From: Trichinella spiralis
Taxonomy: Eukaryota
Reading direction: 5' to 3'
Assembly (NCBI RefSeq): GCF_000181795.1
Contig: NW_003526948.1
Location: forward strand, 314,085 to 334,084
DNA: 20,000 nt
A program made the position numbers and the translations under genes. The notes beneath the pieces are model-generated. The model saw only the letters and a list, made by a program, of their open reading frames with translations, was not told the origin of the DNA and did no database searches. Positions 19,330 to 20,000 of this stretch are shown one piece after another. Position 1 is the first letter of the stretch. Each line of letters begins with the position of its first letter.

Positions 19330-20000
19330 CGATCCAACCTATCCACAACCTTTCACCGATCTTGGCTTTCTCCACTTGTCTTCTTTCTTGTCCATGTGCA
19401 TTATTTTTCCATGGTTTGTTACGTGTTTACTTATTTGTATGCAATGCTTTTCATGTGTCAGAGGTTTTACAAAGTCAAACTCAAAATAAAAGAATCAGAG
19501 AAAAAATATTTGGAGAAATAAATTGAGAAAAACATGCAAATGTACAATATAAGAAGAAAAAAAGTGAAAATCAAAGAAATCAAAATAAATAATAGGAGAT
19601 ATTAAAAAATGAATGAAATGTATAAAATAAAGTAGGGGAAAATAAAGATTGAATGTATGTTTGAAGTTTAACAGTTTGAAAAATGAAAATAAAAAAAAGA
19701 ATTTGCTATGGAAATGGTACAAAATTAAACTATGTAAAAAAAGAAAAAACAAAAATTGCAAAATGAACAAAAATCAAAAATTATTTCGACACATGAAAGC
19801 AGTTGCATACATAAATTTTGCTGCGTGAAAGACCAAGTACTGCATTAATTCAAAACTCAGCCATGTAGGTTGGTCGTTAACTTAATTACAACTATGGGAT
19901 AACTTCGCCCTTTCGAAGTATCCCAATCCCAGACCTACAGAATTGGGGTCCCAGGAACTTTGTCTTCTCTTGTTCTGCTTTCGTGTCGTCTCGATCTGCT

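Overview
AT-rich eukaryotic DNA with short GT-AG introns (mostly 60-100 nt), TTTTCAG-type acceptors and microsatellites. The style suggests a nematode, possibly Trichinella-like, but that is an inference. Three + strand genes are well supported: (1) the last five exons of a type I phosphatidylinositol-4-phosphate 5-kinase (ppk-1/PIP5K1, 48..1032); (2) an intronless SLC7/LAT-family amino acid transporter light chain (3469..5046); (3) the first 14 exons of afadin/AF-6/canoe (7307..15412, 922 phase-consistent codons: RA1, RA2, FHA, DIL), whose PDZ exons are not seen in the window. A 10-N gap at 18298..18307 is followed by about 470 nt of apparently low-quality, homopolymer-inflated sequence. I found no clear new multi-gene system. 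The best leads are the intronless transporter with an altered substrate pocket, a stop-free 60-nt afadin intron that would add a hydrophobic segment if retained, a candidate orphan spliced gene on the - strand at 1663..2425, and a candidate cassette or alternative first exon of afadin at 17353..17508.
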